64,000 nucleotides of DNA from Eledone cirrhosa. Its lineage: Eukaryota. Location: positions 261,888,001 to 261,952,000 of the forward strand of contig OZ024740.1 of NCBI GenBank assembly GCA_964016885.1, written 5' to 3'. This document shows positions 1-14,278 of the stretch, in pieces (position 1 is the stretch's first letter; every line of letters begins with the position of its first letter). Made by a program: the position numbers and the translations under genes. The notes under the pieces were generated by a model. It saw only the letters and a list, made by a program, of their open reading frames with translations, was not told the DNA's origin and did not search any database.

Positions 1-909
1 CAGACGCAACCATGGCGTTCACTGAAGGGACCACATCAGTGATGTAGAGATTTTGGAAAGCTCTATGTGTGACAGTATAGAAGCTCTTGTGCTTAAGCAA
101 CGACTCCGTTGGAGTGGTCACCTTGCCAGGATGAAGGATTCTAGAATACCTAAACAACTCTTTTATGGAGAGTTAGTAAAAGGAAAACGACCGCCACATA
201 AACCGAAAAAGAGGTATAAGGATTCCTTGAAAGCCTCTCCGAAAGTCGCTAACATCTCTGCTGATACATGGGAAAATGTTGCTGCTGATCATAATAAATG
301 GAGAAAGACTGTATATGAGGGGAAAGTTGCCTTTGAGGCATCTCGAATCGCATACGAGAAAGTAAAGCGGGATGTGAGGAAGGGCATTGCTGTTGCACTT
401 CCAGACGGCGAGGGTCCTCCTATGGTGCTGACATGCAGCGTCTGTGCGAGACTCTGCTTAAGCAAAGCTGGACTCGAAAGTGATCTTCGCAGTCATAAAG
501 TAAGACCAGTGGTTGACTATCAGGCTGCTGTTGGAGATGCTACTCATCATGCTTGCCAAACATGTGGTAGAGAATGTAAATCAGCAGGAGGGCTCAAGCG
601 ACATGCAAAAGTACACGAACTCCAGCCACAGTCGGCTATTCCCAGTGAATATTTTGGTTGCCAATTCTGTGCAAGATTTTAGATCATTGGCTGGGTTAAA
701 AAGCCACATTCGATCGCAGCGCTTTTAATTGCTATCGTGTGTGTATGTGTAGATATGTTTATGTGTGTGCGCGTGTGTGTATATATATATGTATATTATT
801 ATTGTTGTTGTTGTCGTTATTATTATTGTTGTTATTATATTTATCATTGTTATTATTATGGTTTTTTTCTCGTGCAATGGCCATACTCGATAACGAGAGG
901 GCAGCCATC
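1..909 (+). mobile_element. RTE-clade LINE, 3' part (copy 1): RT thumb region, C2H2 zinc fingers and 3' UTR
   Basis: ORF 53..682 (RLRWSGHLARMKDSRIPKQLFYGEL..GKRPPHKPKKRYKD) is a typical RTE C-terminus and is nearly identical to 2316..3045. A 2-nt loss near 677 shifts the last finger. The element ends ctcgataacgagagggcagccatca followed by (TATG)n. Confidence 0.9.
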
Positions 910-1097
910 ATGTATGTACGTATGTACGTATGTATGTATGTATGTATGTATGTATGTATGTATGTATGTATGTATGTATGTATGTATGTATGTATGTATG
1001 TATGTATGTATGTATGTATGTATGTACGTACGTATGTATGTACGTATGTATGTATGTATGTATGTATGTATGTATGTATGTATGTATGTATGTATGT
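910..1097 (+). repeat. (TATG)n microsatellite; RTE tail and insertion target
   Basis: Direct reading. The same array resumes at 3510-3524, 7555-7598 and 7882-7935. Confidence 0.95.
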
Positions 1098-3045
1098 TAT
1101 AAGCTGAACAGTGGAAGATCTCCAGGTATGGATGGCATACATGCTGAGCTCCTACAATATGTTGGTGAGAGACACCTGCAACATCTGCACTCTTTGTTTG
1201 GAAGGATATGGGCTAATGAATCCGTACCAAAGGACTCGAGAGATGCAGTAATGGTGGTCTTGTACAAGGGAAAGGGTAAGAGGAATGATTGTGGGAACTA
1301 CAGAGGTATATCATTGCTTTCTGTCGTAGGGAAAGTTTTATGTAGGGTGCTTCTGGACCGTCTGCTGACACACATTGCAGATTGTGTTCTTCCTGAAAGT
1401 CAATCTGGTTTTCGTGCTGGACGCGGCACTACTGATATGATCTTCTCAGCCAGACAGCTCCAGGAGAAGTGCATTGAACAAGGCTTGGATCTGTATCAGG
1501 TTTTTGTCGATCTGACAAAGGCTTTCGATACTGTCAACAGAGATGCATTATGGAAGGTTCTCCAGAAACTTGGTTGCCCTGATAAGTTCCTTGCTTTAGT
1601 TAGGTCTTTCCATGACGACATGAAGGCTTGGGTTAATGTCGGAGGTAACATGTCGGAGCCTATCTCAGTAAAAAATGGAGTGAAACAGGGATATTCCAGC
1701 ACCGACCCTGTTTGCCATATACTTTGCAATGGTTTTCTGTATTGCTTTCAGGAATTGCGAGCATGGTGTTTACATCCGATATCGAACCTCAGGCAGCATA
1801 TTTAACATCAGGCGCTTTGCTGCGAAGACAAAAGTATTTACATCAATCGTAAGAGACCTCTTGTATGCAGATGATTGCGATCTTGTAGCGCACACAGAGA
1901 GTGATATGCAGCACATTTTGAATGCATTTTCTGACGCTTGCACTGCCCTAGGTTTGACTGTCAGTCTCAAGAAAACCGTCGTCATGTACCAACCTGCCCC
2001 TAGTAAGCAGTATACTGAACCAAACATCTATGTGTATGGCAAACGACTTGGAGTGGTTGATCTGTTTGTCTACCTGGGAAGCACTGTCAATCGATACGGC
2101 AACCTTGACAGAGAAATCTCACTTAGGATTAGGAAAGCAAGTGATGCTTTCGGAAAGCTAGAAAGGCGACTCTGGGGTCGGCGAGACATATGCAGGAGGA
2201 CAAAGGTAAAGGTGTACAGGGCATGTGTACTCTCTTTTCTTCTTTATGCCTGCGAGACCTGGGTCACATATCGACACCACCTTAAGCAATTGGAGCGTTT
2301 CCATCAGATGTGTCTCAGACGGATCCACGGCGTTCACTGGAGGGACCACATCAGTGATGTCGAGATTTTGGAAAGCTCTGTGTGTGACAGTATAGAAGCT
2401 CTTGTGCTTAAGCAACGACTCCGTTGGAGTGGTCACCTTGCCAGGATGAAGGATTCTAGAATACCAAAACAACTCTTCTATGGAGAGTTGGTTAAAGGAA
2501 AACGACCGCCACATAAACCAAAAAAGGGGTATAAGGATTCCTTGAAAGCCTCTCTGAAAGACGCTAACATCTCTGCTGATACATGGGAAAATATTGCTGC
2601 TGATCGTAATAAATGGAGAAAGACTGTATATGAGGGGAAAGTTGCCTTTGAGGCATCTCGAATCGCATACGAGAAAGTAAAGCGGGATGTGAGGAAGGGC
2701 ATTGCTGTTGCACTTCCAGACGGCGAGGGTCCTCCTATGGTGCTGACATGCAGCGTCTGTGCGAGACTCTGCCTAAGCAAAGCTGGACTCGAAAGTCATC
2801 TTCGCAGTCATAAAGTAAGACCAGTGGTTGACTATCAGGCTGCTGTTGGCGATGCTACTCATCATGCTTGCCAATCATGTGGTAGAGAATGTAAATCAGC
2901 AGGAGGGCTCAAGCGACATGCAAAAGTACACGAACTCCAACCACAGCCGACTATTCCCAGTGAATGTTTTGGTTGCCGACTCTGTGCAAGACATTTTAGA
3001 TCATTGGCTGGGCTAAAAAGCCACATTCGATCGCAGCACTGTTAG
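1098..3045 (+). pseudogene. RTE reverse transcriptase with three C-terminal C2H2 zinc fingers; frameshifted near 1690
   Basis: ORFs 930..1805 and 1729..3045 join at a disrupted GVKQG..APTLF motif. Fingers: CSVC..HLRSH, CQSC..HAKVH, CRLC..HIRSQH. Confidence 0.88.
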
Positions 3046-3053
3046 TTGCTATC

Positions 3054-3087
<34 letters not shown>

Positions 3088-3330
3088 GCTTATGTGCGTG
3101 CGTGTGTGTGTATATATATATGAATATGTATATTATTATTGTTGTTGTCGTTATTATTATTATTGCTATTATTATTATTATTATTATTATTGTTATTAAT
3201 GTATGTGTGTGTATATGTGTGTGTATGTGTATGTATGTGTGTATATATATATATATATTTCTTTTTTTATTTTTTATTTATTTTTTTTTTTTTATTATTT
3301 ATTTATTATTATTATTATTATTATTGTTGT

Positions 3331-3386
3331 TATTCCTTGAATCTCAGTCATTGATGTTGGTTAACTGGAAAGTCCGTTGGATTGAA
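3331..3386 (-). mobile_element. 56-bp 3'-terminal stub of a Dong/R4-type element inside (TAT)n
   Basis: Identical to 53911..53966, flanked on both sides by TAT repeats, and absent from the 3' UTR of RTE copy 1. Confidence 0.85.
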
Positions 3387-3452
<66 letters not shown>

Positions 3453-3524
3453 TTTTTTTTTTTTTCTTCTCGTGCAATGGCCATACTCGATAACGAGGGG
3501 GCAGCCATCATGTATGTATGTATG

Positions 3525-6500
3525 TTCTTCTGGTTTTATAATTTCACAAAGTGTTACCAATAGAGAGAGAGTCGGTTTCTAACATAGACACAAGACTCTC
3601 TCATTGGAATTTACACAACATCAACTAGGTAGATATGTATGTATGCATGTGTAGATATGGATGTTATTGTATGTGTGAATGTGTATGTTTTGAGTTGTAT
3701 GTGTGCATGTGTATATGCTTTGTATCTGTACATGTGTATATGCAGTTATTAGATGCAAAACTTTTGGAATGTTTTACATATTTTTACTGTTCCATTAATG
3801 GATTGTACTTGTAATTTTCTAACTAGTGTTCTTTCTGTTCCTGTGAAGTCTAGCTTCTCAATATTTGTATTGAGGCAGTTACTAACATATCCCAGTGCCC
3901 CAATAATCACAGGCATAAATCTGAAGGTGTAATCAGTGTGGAGTATCTGCAGATTTCTCATCAGTTCTGCATAAATATATACTCCTTTTCACTAATCTTT
4001 GATATTATATTGGCATCTGCTGGGCAGCTAATTTCCACTACTGTGCATGTTTTCTTCTCCCTGTCCCATATCATAATATCTGGTCTGTTATGCCTGCATT
4101 TTATTAGGGTTTTTACTGGAACATTCCACCAGTACTCTTTCATATTATGTACATGGATGTCTTCCACATTGTTGTAGCTTTTAATGTGTTTATTATCGGG
4201 GCTATCTTTTTTACGAACTACATTGTACAGTGTTTTGGCCACTACATCATGCCTCATAGGTAGATAGTACCGCGATGACATCTTTGGGCAGCTGCTGATG
4301 ACATGGGTGATATCCTCGATGTTAGTTCTGCAGAGTCTTCACTTGTTATCACATCTAGGTGTTTTGCCTGCATCCCTATCTCTTTTGTGAATCAGGTATT
4401 TCGTGCTAATCTCCTGTTCTTGGATTGCAAAAGCGTATCCTTCAAAGTGCGAGCCAATATAGCGGTTGTTGGTCCAAGATAGACTACTTTCCTTATCTAT
4501 ATTACTCTCACTTTGGAGCTTCCTGGCAACATATCCATGCATGATTTTTTGCTGATAGATATGCAGTTTATCATCCATGGATTCACTGCGATACTGCTGA
4601 GCGACATCCCTGGGTGTGAGTTTTTGATTATCACACAGGGAATATCTCTCAAGTAGTTCCTTCCCAACTCTCATGATCTTATCTGTTTCATGCAGATAGA
4701 CTTGCTCGAGAAGCGGGCTCCTACGCTTCGAGATTCGTAGATGTTGTCGGAGAGATATGATGCGACATTCAAATGTTGTCTGGACTGATGTTAGGCCTCT
4801 GCTTCCCTGCTTACGTTTCAAGTAAAGGCGGTCTATGTCACTGTTGATGTGGAAGTTTCCGGTGTTGTTCAGTATTTTTCGAGTTCCAACAACAACTGCT
4901 CGTATTTCATCTATCATCCAATTGAGTATTCCAAACGTTGGTGTTAGGACAGGCACAGCAAACACATTGTGAGCCAATGTTTTGTTTTGCGCAGAGAGTT
5001 CCGATTACCAGATCTTTCTTAATCGGGTGTAGTATTCCCTGGTTACGCGTTCTTTATTACAGATACCATTATAGGATATGTTCTCATCTATCCCCAGGTA
5101 TATGTAGCAGTCCTCATCAGATATCGGTGAAACAGTTAGACCATTGATGACAATGTTGCTAGATTGGGTTGTTGTTTTTCCCCGCTTTACAGTCATGTAT
5201 GAGCATTTACCTGGCCAAACACAATTCCTATATCCTTTGAGAACGTTGTAACCAGGTCAAGATTTTTCTTCATCCCATCCATGTTCTTGGCATAGAGTTT
5301 CAGATCGTCCACAAAGAAGTTATGGGTTAGGTTCGTATTTCTGTCCTCCTGTGAGCCAATGATGTATCCCTCACATTTCTTGAGCAGAAAGGACAAGGGG
5401 CTTAATGACAAGATGAACAATATCACAGAGAGACTGTCCCCTGAAATATACCCCTGCAATATTTTATTTTATCAGTGAAAATAGAGTCCTCCCTCTCTGT
5501 CTTTAACCTTAGGATAGTAGCCCAAGAAGAAGACAGCCTCTCTATGGCTCTGACAATAATGTCTGGGACTTTAGAAAGTTGGAGGGCCTCTATCATCCAA
5601 GAGTGGGGAACAGAATCGAAATCTTTCTTGTAGTCCAGCCAGACTGTAGTCATATTCCTCCTAAGCTGTCGCACCTCCGACATCGCAGTTTTGTTGATTA
5701 GGAGTTGTTCAGCACATCCCCAAACCCTTTTCTTTCCAGCTGCTTGTTCATCTGTGATGATGTTATTATTTTCACTGGAGGAATAGGTTCAGGCAGGCTG
5801 TATACATCTTATACATCAGGTTCTGGCACGCAATGGGTCGGTAGTTTTTTGCCAAGTGGGTGTCTTTGTTCTTGGGGACCAGTAACGTTTGTGCTAATGT
5901 CAACCATCCTGGTATAAGCGCATCTCCCTTAAGAACTTGTTGGTAGAGGTCAGTAAGATACCTCCGATAGAATATCAGTTTTTTGTACCAGTAGCCGACA
6001 ATCATGTCTCTTCCTGGTGTTTTCTTATCTTGGAGTTTTCCTATCACAGTCTCAAGTGTACCCTCACTTATTTCATATGTTTTTGTTGTAGTGTAGGAGC
6101 AATAGTTCTTTCGGATTTCTCTTAGCCACACTGCATCTTGGTTGAAATTCTTCTTTTCACCCCATATTTTTCTCCAAAAGGAATCTGTCTTTCTGGGATG
6201 GGGCCTCAGTGACACTTATTATTTTGCCCTTCATATCTCTATAGACTGATGTTTGGTTTTGTCTGAATCTTTTATTAAGCATATTTCTCTCATCTACCTT
6301 CTTCAGGTATCGGCGTTTTTCGCTAACAGCTCTCAATTCTTGTTTGAGGGTGATCAGCTTATATTGGAGAGTTCTGGTTCTACTGTTACCAAACATCGTC
6401 TCTATTTTATTTTTCACTCTCTGTTGGTGAGGAGTGAGGTTTTTTTGTGTTTGTTTGCATGTATGGAGCATTATCACATGTACCATGTTTTTAGTAGGTC

Positions 6501-7553
6501 AGCACTCTTTTTTTCTATTTTAGTTATATATGATGGTATTTTTGGTGGTGTTTTGTTCTTATTAATATCTCTGCTATCACCAAGATAATGCTTCACTGTC
6601 ATTGCTAAGGCATATAAACAGGCGTTGATTTGCCAAAATGTTGGGGTTTTTATCCGTCGTAAATATTCATCCCCTATTTCTTCAATAATACGTAGTATTT
6701 CATTATTTGGCTTTTTATTCACCATTGTCATTTTAACACGTTCAGCCAGAGAGATATTTATACATGAGTTAATTTCTCTCTGGAAGATTATTATTATTAT
6801 TTCCTCGATTATTATTATTATCGATAGTGATTTCCCCAGCATTCGAGGTAGACTGAGATGGTACAGGTGGTGTCAAATTTCTTACAGGCATAGTTGTTTC
6901 AAGACGCTGTTCGACCTGGCTGCTAGGAAGTCTAGTAGCATGGCGATCTGTAGCACGTGTTGTTGATTCCATGTTTGTTGTGGGGGACTTACAATTAATA
7001 ATATTTATCTTATTTTTACGTTCAACAAACGTCGCTTGTTGGCGTAATTGTTTCGCTGTGAAATAATTTAGCTCTGGGTGCATTTCGTCCCAGTGTAGCT
7101 TCATTCTATTCATATAGCCAATGGAGGGATTGTTTTTTGCCATTTTATAACAATTAAATAAATCATTATTAAGTTCGCAACTCCAAGAGAAATGCGATTT
7201 ATAATTCCGGTTTCTTCTGTAGCTACAACTGAATAAAGTTTGATTACCTTCTTTGTTATTTGTCTTCGATACTTCTTTAATTTTCTTGTTGATGTTGTGT
7301 TCAGCCATGCTGTTTGTAGCAAATCTTTGTAAAATGAATTATGTAAAATGAATTATGTAATTCGAATAAAGGGTGTCTTCAGAAGGGATAGTTAGAAGAA
7401 TAACCAGTTATTCAACTTGGCTGTAGTTGTGGCATTACTGTCGGAGATAGTATTCATCTTAAATTTAATAAATAGTCTCCCACGCCAAAATATGCGACTG
7501 ATCGCGTTGACTGACTTATGTATGTATATGTTTTCAAGTCGCTGGACTAAAAA
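3525..7553 (-). mobile_element. R4/Dong-type RLE non-LTR retrotransposon, apparently full length but decayed (family CATA-1)
   Basis: Ordered minus-strand fragments: N-terminal WSCELNNDLFNCY..GYMNRMKLHW, then NYRPIACQN, GIFQGDSLS, FVDDLKLY, YLGI, a CCHC finger (CRLC..HVISSC) and RLE RPDIMIWD..VEISCP. Flanked by (TATG)n at both ends. Confidence 0.9.
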
Positions 7554-7598
7554 TGTATGTATGTATGTATGTATGTATGTATGTATGTATGTATGTAT

Positions 7599-7881
7599 AT
7601 TTTTCTCTTTCTCTTAATTTTGAGTATATTTTTTGACCGGCCACCTTCCTGGTGGCAAGGTTGTAAAAGAAAAGAAATTGTCATCCCTTGAATCGCAAGA
7701 ATGTTTTGCAAATTTTGAAGGTGCCAGCTATCGCAGCCATTTGTAGACTATGAATTAGGGAGCTGCGCTTTTTGTCCGCAAATCCAAGTTCAGTCATACT
7801 TTGGTCCAAGCGGGTTGGTATATAACCCGTAGCACCAATAATGATGGGTATGAAGCTAAAGGTGTATCTTGGATACTGGAT
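7599..7881 (-). mobile_element. R4-type RLE element, 3' fragment (family CATA-2)
   Basis: Matches 41364..41640 and 41869..42150. Encodes YTFSFIPIIIGATG..AAIAGTFKICKTFL. (TATG)n on both sides. Confidence 0.88.
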
Positions 7882-8199
7882 TATGTATGTATGTATGTAT
7901 GTATGTATGTATGTATGTATGTATGTATGTATGTATTTTATGTGTATGTGTGTGTGTATGTTCGTGCCTGTATTTACGTTTGTGTCAGTATCTTTGTCTC
8001 TTGGCGCTTCGACTAAAAGAGATCGATAAATAAGTACTGGGTTTGATATGATTGAATAAAACCCCTATATAGCAGTCCCCTACCATGGTTGTACTCTAAT
8101 GCCTGAAAAAAGCAAAAGAATATAAGACTTGTAAAGCAAATATATCAACAAAAACAACATTAGTGTATAACGAAATATAATGTCGGCAGAGAACTCAAT

Positions 8200-8330
8200 C
8201 AATGAAATCAACCCTCGGTACATTATCAAGGCTTATTTTATCGAACACAGAGGAATGGAAAACAAATTTAGCTCCGGCGGAATTTAAACTATGAACTCAA
8301 AAGGACATAAACACCGCAATACTTACCAAT
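8200..8330 (-). mobile_element. Degenerate SINE
   Basis: tattttatcgaac..ggaatggaa..ggcggaatttaaact is the reverse complement of the SINE core seen at 37715-37785. Confidence 0.6.
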
Positions 8331-8968
8331 TTATCGATTCGATCTTTCAAACTAATTTCATAATTTTAATTATTGAGATGCCTTTCGTTTTCATTCCGGA
8401 CAAGTGTTATATAGTTTGAGGAAAAATAGAGGAAATATAAGGCTGTGATGTGTAGTTCATGCTTTTTCCAAAGGCATTTAGTGACATAAGGAAAGCAAAA
8501 TATTATTATTTTATATTCACTATCTCTTTCCCTATTTCTACTCGTGATCTTGGCTTGCCACCGGCTTACTATTTACTTCATTTCGCTCATTTACTATTAA
8601 ATATTATAAATAATTGTTAAGTTAGAATACTTTAAGATAACAATAATTGTTAAAGGATGGGTCTAGGTGAAGACATATGAATAATACATAAGTATTGGCA
8701 GTCTTACGTGCATAGAAATTGATTTAAGGTTTAGGTGTTTCAAGTGAGTTATAGTGAATATGTCGGAGGTAGAGTAGCAGGGACGTTTGAGTGACGAAAT
8801 ACATTCCCTCTGGTAATATGTTTATCACATTATGCTCTGGGTTCAAATCTTGCAAGGATTTATTTTGTCTTTTGAACATTTGTGGTTCAGATAATACCAG
8901 CAATGTCCTTTGGTCGATTCTAAAAAAAATACACTGCTTAAATTAGTCGCCTTATGACAAATATAGAA

Positions 8969-9168
8969 TTCTTCTTCTTCTTCTTCTTCTTCTTCTTCTT
9001 CTTCTTCTTCTTCTTCTTCTTCTTCTTCTTCTTCTTCTTCTTCTTCTTCTTCTTCTTCTTCTTCTTCTTCTTCTTCTTCTTCTTCTTCTTCTTCTTCTTC
9101 TTCTTCTTCTTCTTCTTCTTCTTCTTCTTCTTCTTCTTCTTCTTCTTCTTCTTCTTCTTCTTCTTCTT
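8969..9168 (+). repeat. Pure (TTC)n triplet microsatellite, about 200 bp
   Basis: Direct reading; it explains the poly-E/K/R/F ORFs. Confidence 0.98.
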
Positions 9169-9409
9169 CCACCTTGTCTCGTCTTTTTTCTTCCGATAAC
9201 TAAAGCTGTACAGCAACAAGTAAATTGCATGCATGTATAGACCCGTAACTCCTGTTAGAGTTGTGGGGTTGCCGTATTGACATACTGTGTTTCTAGGGGA
9301 TTTTAAAACCTGGCAGAGCCAATCTCCTGTCCAGGTTTGAATACAGAAGATTTCTTTCAGAGAAAGAGAGAGAGGTGAGAGAATGGAAGTGAGAAAGTGA
9401 TATAGAGGA

Positions 9410-9585
9410 AACATCGACCCCCCCCCCCCCTTGTACTAGACGAGTACTTTTTTATCGACTTTGTAATGATGAAAGGCAAAGAAGACCTCGGCGGGATTTG
9501 AAGTCAGAGAAGAGAGTAGAAACTCGAAACAAATGCCACAAAGCATTCTATCTGACATTCTAAAGACTGCTATTTCACCGCCTCA
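9410..9585 (-). mobile_element. tRNA-derived SINE (octopus-type)
   Basis: tttatcgac..gatgaaaggcaaagaagacctcggcgggatttgaa is the reverse complement of the B-box plus central domain. Confidence 0.75.
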
Positions 9586-9699
9586 TGTAAGTTGATATGA
9601 AGCCAAACATACAACGCCATTCCACTTCATGCTGATAAAGGGAATTACTGTTAAACTCAGCTTTAATACTTTGTCGAGATTTGAAGTCATTGCTTCCAA

Positions 9700-10680
<981 letters not shown>

Positions 10681-10749
10681 ATATGTATGTATATCGGTAT
10701 GCACTATTTCAAAGGCCTAAAAGTTTCATTCTGTCATTACACAATAGGA

Positions 10750-10824
10750 AGTCCGACGAGCTTTTGATTTCATAGTTGGACCAGATCGACCGTTGAGCTG
10801 ATCAATAGTGAAACACGCGTCACT
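10750..10824 (+). ncRNA. Type-I hammerhead-like motif with variant core CCGACGA (family C)
   Basis: agt-CCGACGA-gct..agt-GAAA-cacgcGTC-act, followed by AATAAA. Confidence 0.6.
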
Positions 10825-10862
10825 ACTCAATAAATGTAATGAAGACATAACAAATCACACTT

Positions 10863-10890
<28 letters not shown>

Positions 10891-10893
<3 letters not shown>

Positions 10894-11335
10894 TGTTATA
10901 CTTTGGGAGGGTCATGTTGCCAATAAGAAACACACGCACCAGTTGCTTTCACTCCAATTTATAAATTTAAGAATTTATAAATTTCCGGTTGGTTGGTTGG
11001 TTCCACAACCGGACGGTAGTTCATATATTGTCAAAGTTCTTTCGTCACACATTCTGTGACCTCTTCAGAACATAGAAATAAAAATAAAAATAGAATCTAC
11101 ACACAGAAAAGACGCAATATTTAGACAAATCACAGAGACAATAAACATAAATGAACTCCAACCAAAATTAAATAGAAAACATGAACGGAATAGCAACATC
11201 ACAACTTACAATTAAGGACAAAATGAATACACACACACATAGAACAAACAACCAACCAGTAACATGTAAATAAACAAATAAATAAACAAATAAAAACACA
11301 CACCCGGATGTAACACATGCGCAAACAACCACACC
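10891..11335 (+). mobile_element. Naiad-like PLE fragment: inverted 3' end followed by GIY-YIG C-terminus
   Basis: 11069-11213 encodes NIEIKIKIESTHRKDAIFRQITE..LNRKHE, homologous to the 34526..35070 protein. The terminus tattgttatactttgggagggtcat matches 14274. Confidence 0.7.
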
Positions 11336-11341
11336 CAATAT

Positions 11342-11545
11342 AAGTTACACTGGGAGATCCTAGCTAGGTCTAGATCGTATAACGGAAATAAAAGAACATG
11401 TGACCTCTGCGCCGCTGAGGCCCTGGAAATACTCTACGCCAAAGACAACATCTTAAACAAAAAATCTGAGGCAATTTCAGCTTGTAAACATAAATTGCAC
11501 AAAACTTTCCTGTATTACAACCCCACATTATACCCTAACGGATAG
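11342..11545 (+). pseudogene. C-terminus of a PLE GIY-YIG endonuclease (different PLE lineage)
   Basis: Manual translation: KLHWEILARSRSYNGNKRTCDLCAAEALEI..LNKKSEAISACKH, matching the W-I..Y..CxLC..E..LNKxSE..CxH pattern. Confidence 0.7.
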
Positions 11546-12279
11546 TACGAACTATACGCGGATATTTTACGTCTTGATGTGGTAGCTAAGTATATGTTAT
11601 GTTTATACCATTACTTATTTGTATAGGTAAGTATATATTAACTGTATGTTTTGTGAAGGTACTTTCTCGTACGTATATTTGCTTGTATATGTTATGGCGT
11701 ATATATTATATATACTGGTACATGTGCATTTGGTTATGTGTATACGTGAGTTTTGCGTCTGTGTGGGTATGCGGGTTCGTACGTATGTAGGGTGTGTGTA
11801 TATGTGTACTTTGTGTTTTGTTTGACGTACGTCCGCGAACATATGTGTATTTACATGTATTTATGTGTGTGCGCGCGTTATATACGTATTTATGTGTGTA
11901 TATTTGTATACGTTTATTTAATTATGTATACACGCACACACACATATATATATATTTATATATATTTTTATGTGTATTTGGTGTATACGTTCGTATGTGT
12001 GCGGGTACAGGCGTCGCGTGGGTTCTGTATGTGCGTGCGTGTTCTTTTTTGTGTGTACGTGCTTGTATTTGCATACCCATGGCGAGTGTTTTCGCGTATG
12101 CTTGTGTATTTGTATATGGATGAGTGTAAGTATATATTTAATTTCAATTACCTCTGTATTTACTTTATTCTTAACTCTGAAGCCGAGAATCATTCGGTTT
12201 AGAATTTTAGTCTACGACATCAGTTATACCATTTACATGGTTTTGTATTTGCATGTAATTGTATATATATATATATATG

Positions 12280-12684
12280 TATGTAAAAGGTAAACAGAAA
12301 AAACAACACAATCAGTACAGTATATGGAAGGTATATATTAGGTTAACGCTTGATATAGCAGGAAGAGGGTCTTCACGTTTCGGACGCTAGTACTTAATCA
12401 GAAGATAGAATGAGAAATAAAATAGATTGAGGGGAAGGGCGGGATGGAATTGGAAAAAATGTCTTTAGATAAAAATAACAGGTCCATTCATGTTGAGATC
12501 TCTTGCAAAACTGTTGGTGCTGACGTTTTGTGTATGATTTGTTTTTTAGAAAACTGGATGATGGCGCGCGTCTACCTGAAATAGAAAAAAACCGTTTTGT
12601 AAAAAGAGCTATACTTGAGCACGTGCTTAAGCATGAGTTTGTGTGTGTGTGTGTGTATGTGTATGTGTGTGTATGTGTGTGTGT

Positions 12685-12754
<70 letters not shown>

Positions 12755-13117
12755 ATAGGTCCGTACGAAGCTAAGAAGAAATGTGTGTGTATATGTGAAT
12801 AAAAGAGTGTGTGTGCATGTAAGTACGAAGCTATGAGCAGAAGTATGTTAATATAAGCGTGTGTATCAGCATGTATTAGTTGTAAGAAAAGCTGCTAATG
12901 ATCAAGAGAAAGCGATAGGAATCTAGGGGTGTGATAATTAGAGAAATTGGGTAGGTGAGTTGAGTCCAAGAGGGGAATGGGACCCAAGACCGTGAATCAG
13001 ACTTTGTTCAGTCCTGGTGCGCGAGGCTTGTGATCCATGATGTAAAAGGACACGCAAGGCTGAAACATGTAGGGAAGAATGACCAGGAGAACAGAAATGA
13101 CGGGTGACAGGAGTACC
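12280..13117 (-). mobile_element. Neptune-type PLE 3' fragment
   Basis: [29 protein letters not shown] is a GIY-YIG C-terminus, similar to 31450-31600. The 3' UTR holds a decayed HHR near 12378-12415. Confidence 0.75.
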
Positions 13118-14160
<1,043 letters not shown>

Positions 14161-14212
14161 CATAAAACATATATATCATAAAGCATGTATCATTAAACAT
14201 ATATATCATAAA

Positions 14213-14273
<61 letters not shown>

Positions 14274-14278
<5 letters not shown>

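Larger units (their letters stand above)
1098..3524 (+). mobile_element. RTE-clade LINE, 5'-truncated (copy 2)
   Basis: RT motifs SPGMDGI, NYRGISLLS, QSGFR, FVDLTKAFDTV, GVKQG, LYADD and YLGS. It has the same 3' terminus as copy 1 plus a (TATG)n tail. Confidence 0.93.

Noticed and set aside
737-1142. ORFs with MYVC/YIYI/HTHT/CVCV/LSLS repeats, here and throughout the window
   Set aside because: They are translations of microsatellites.
7330-7553. HDV-like ribozyme at the 5' end of the R4-type element
   Set aside because: I could not identify the nested pseudoknot pairings by eye.
8843-9414. Poly-E/K/R/F proteins
   Set aside because: (TTC)n artefact.
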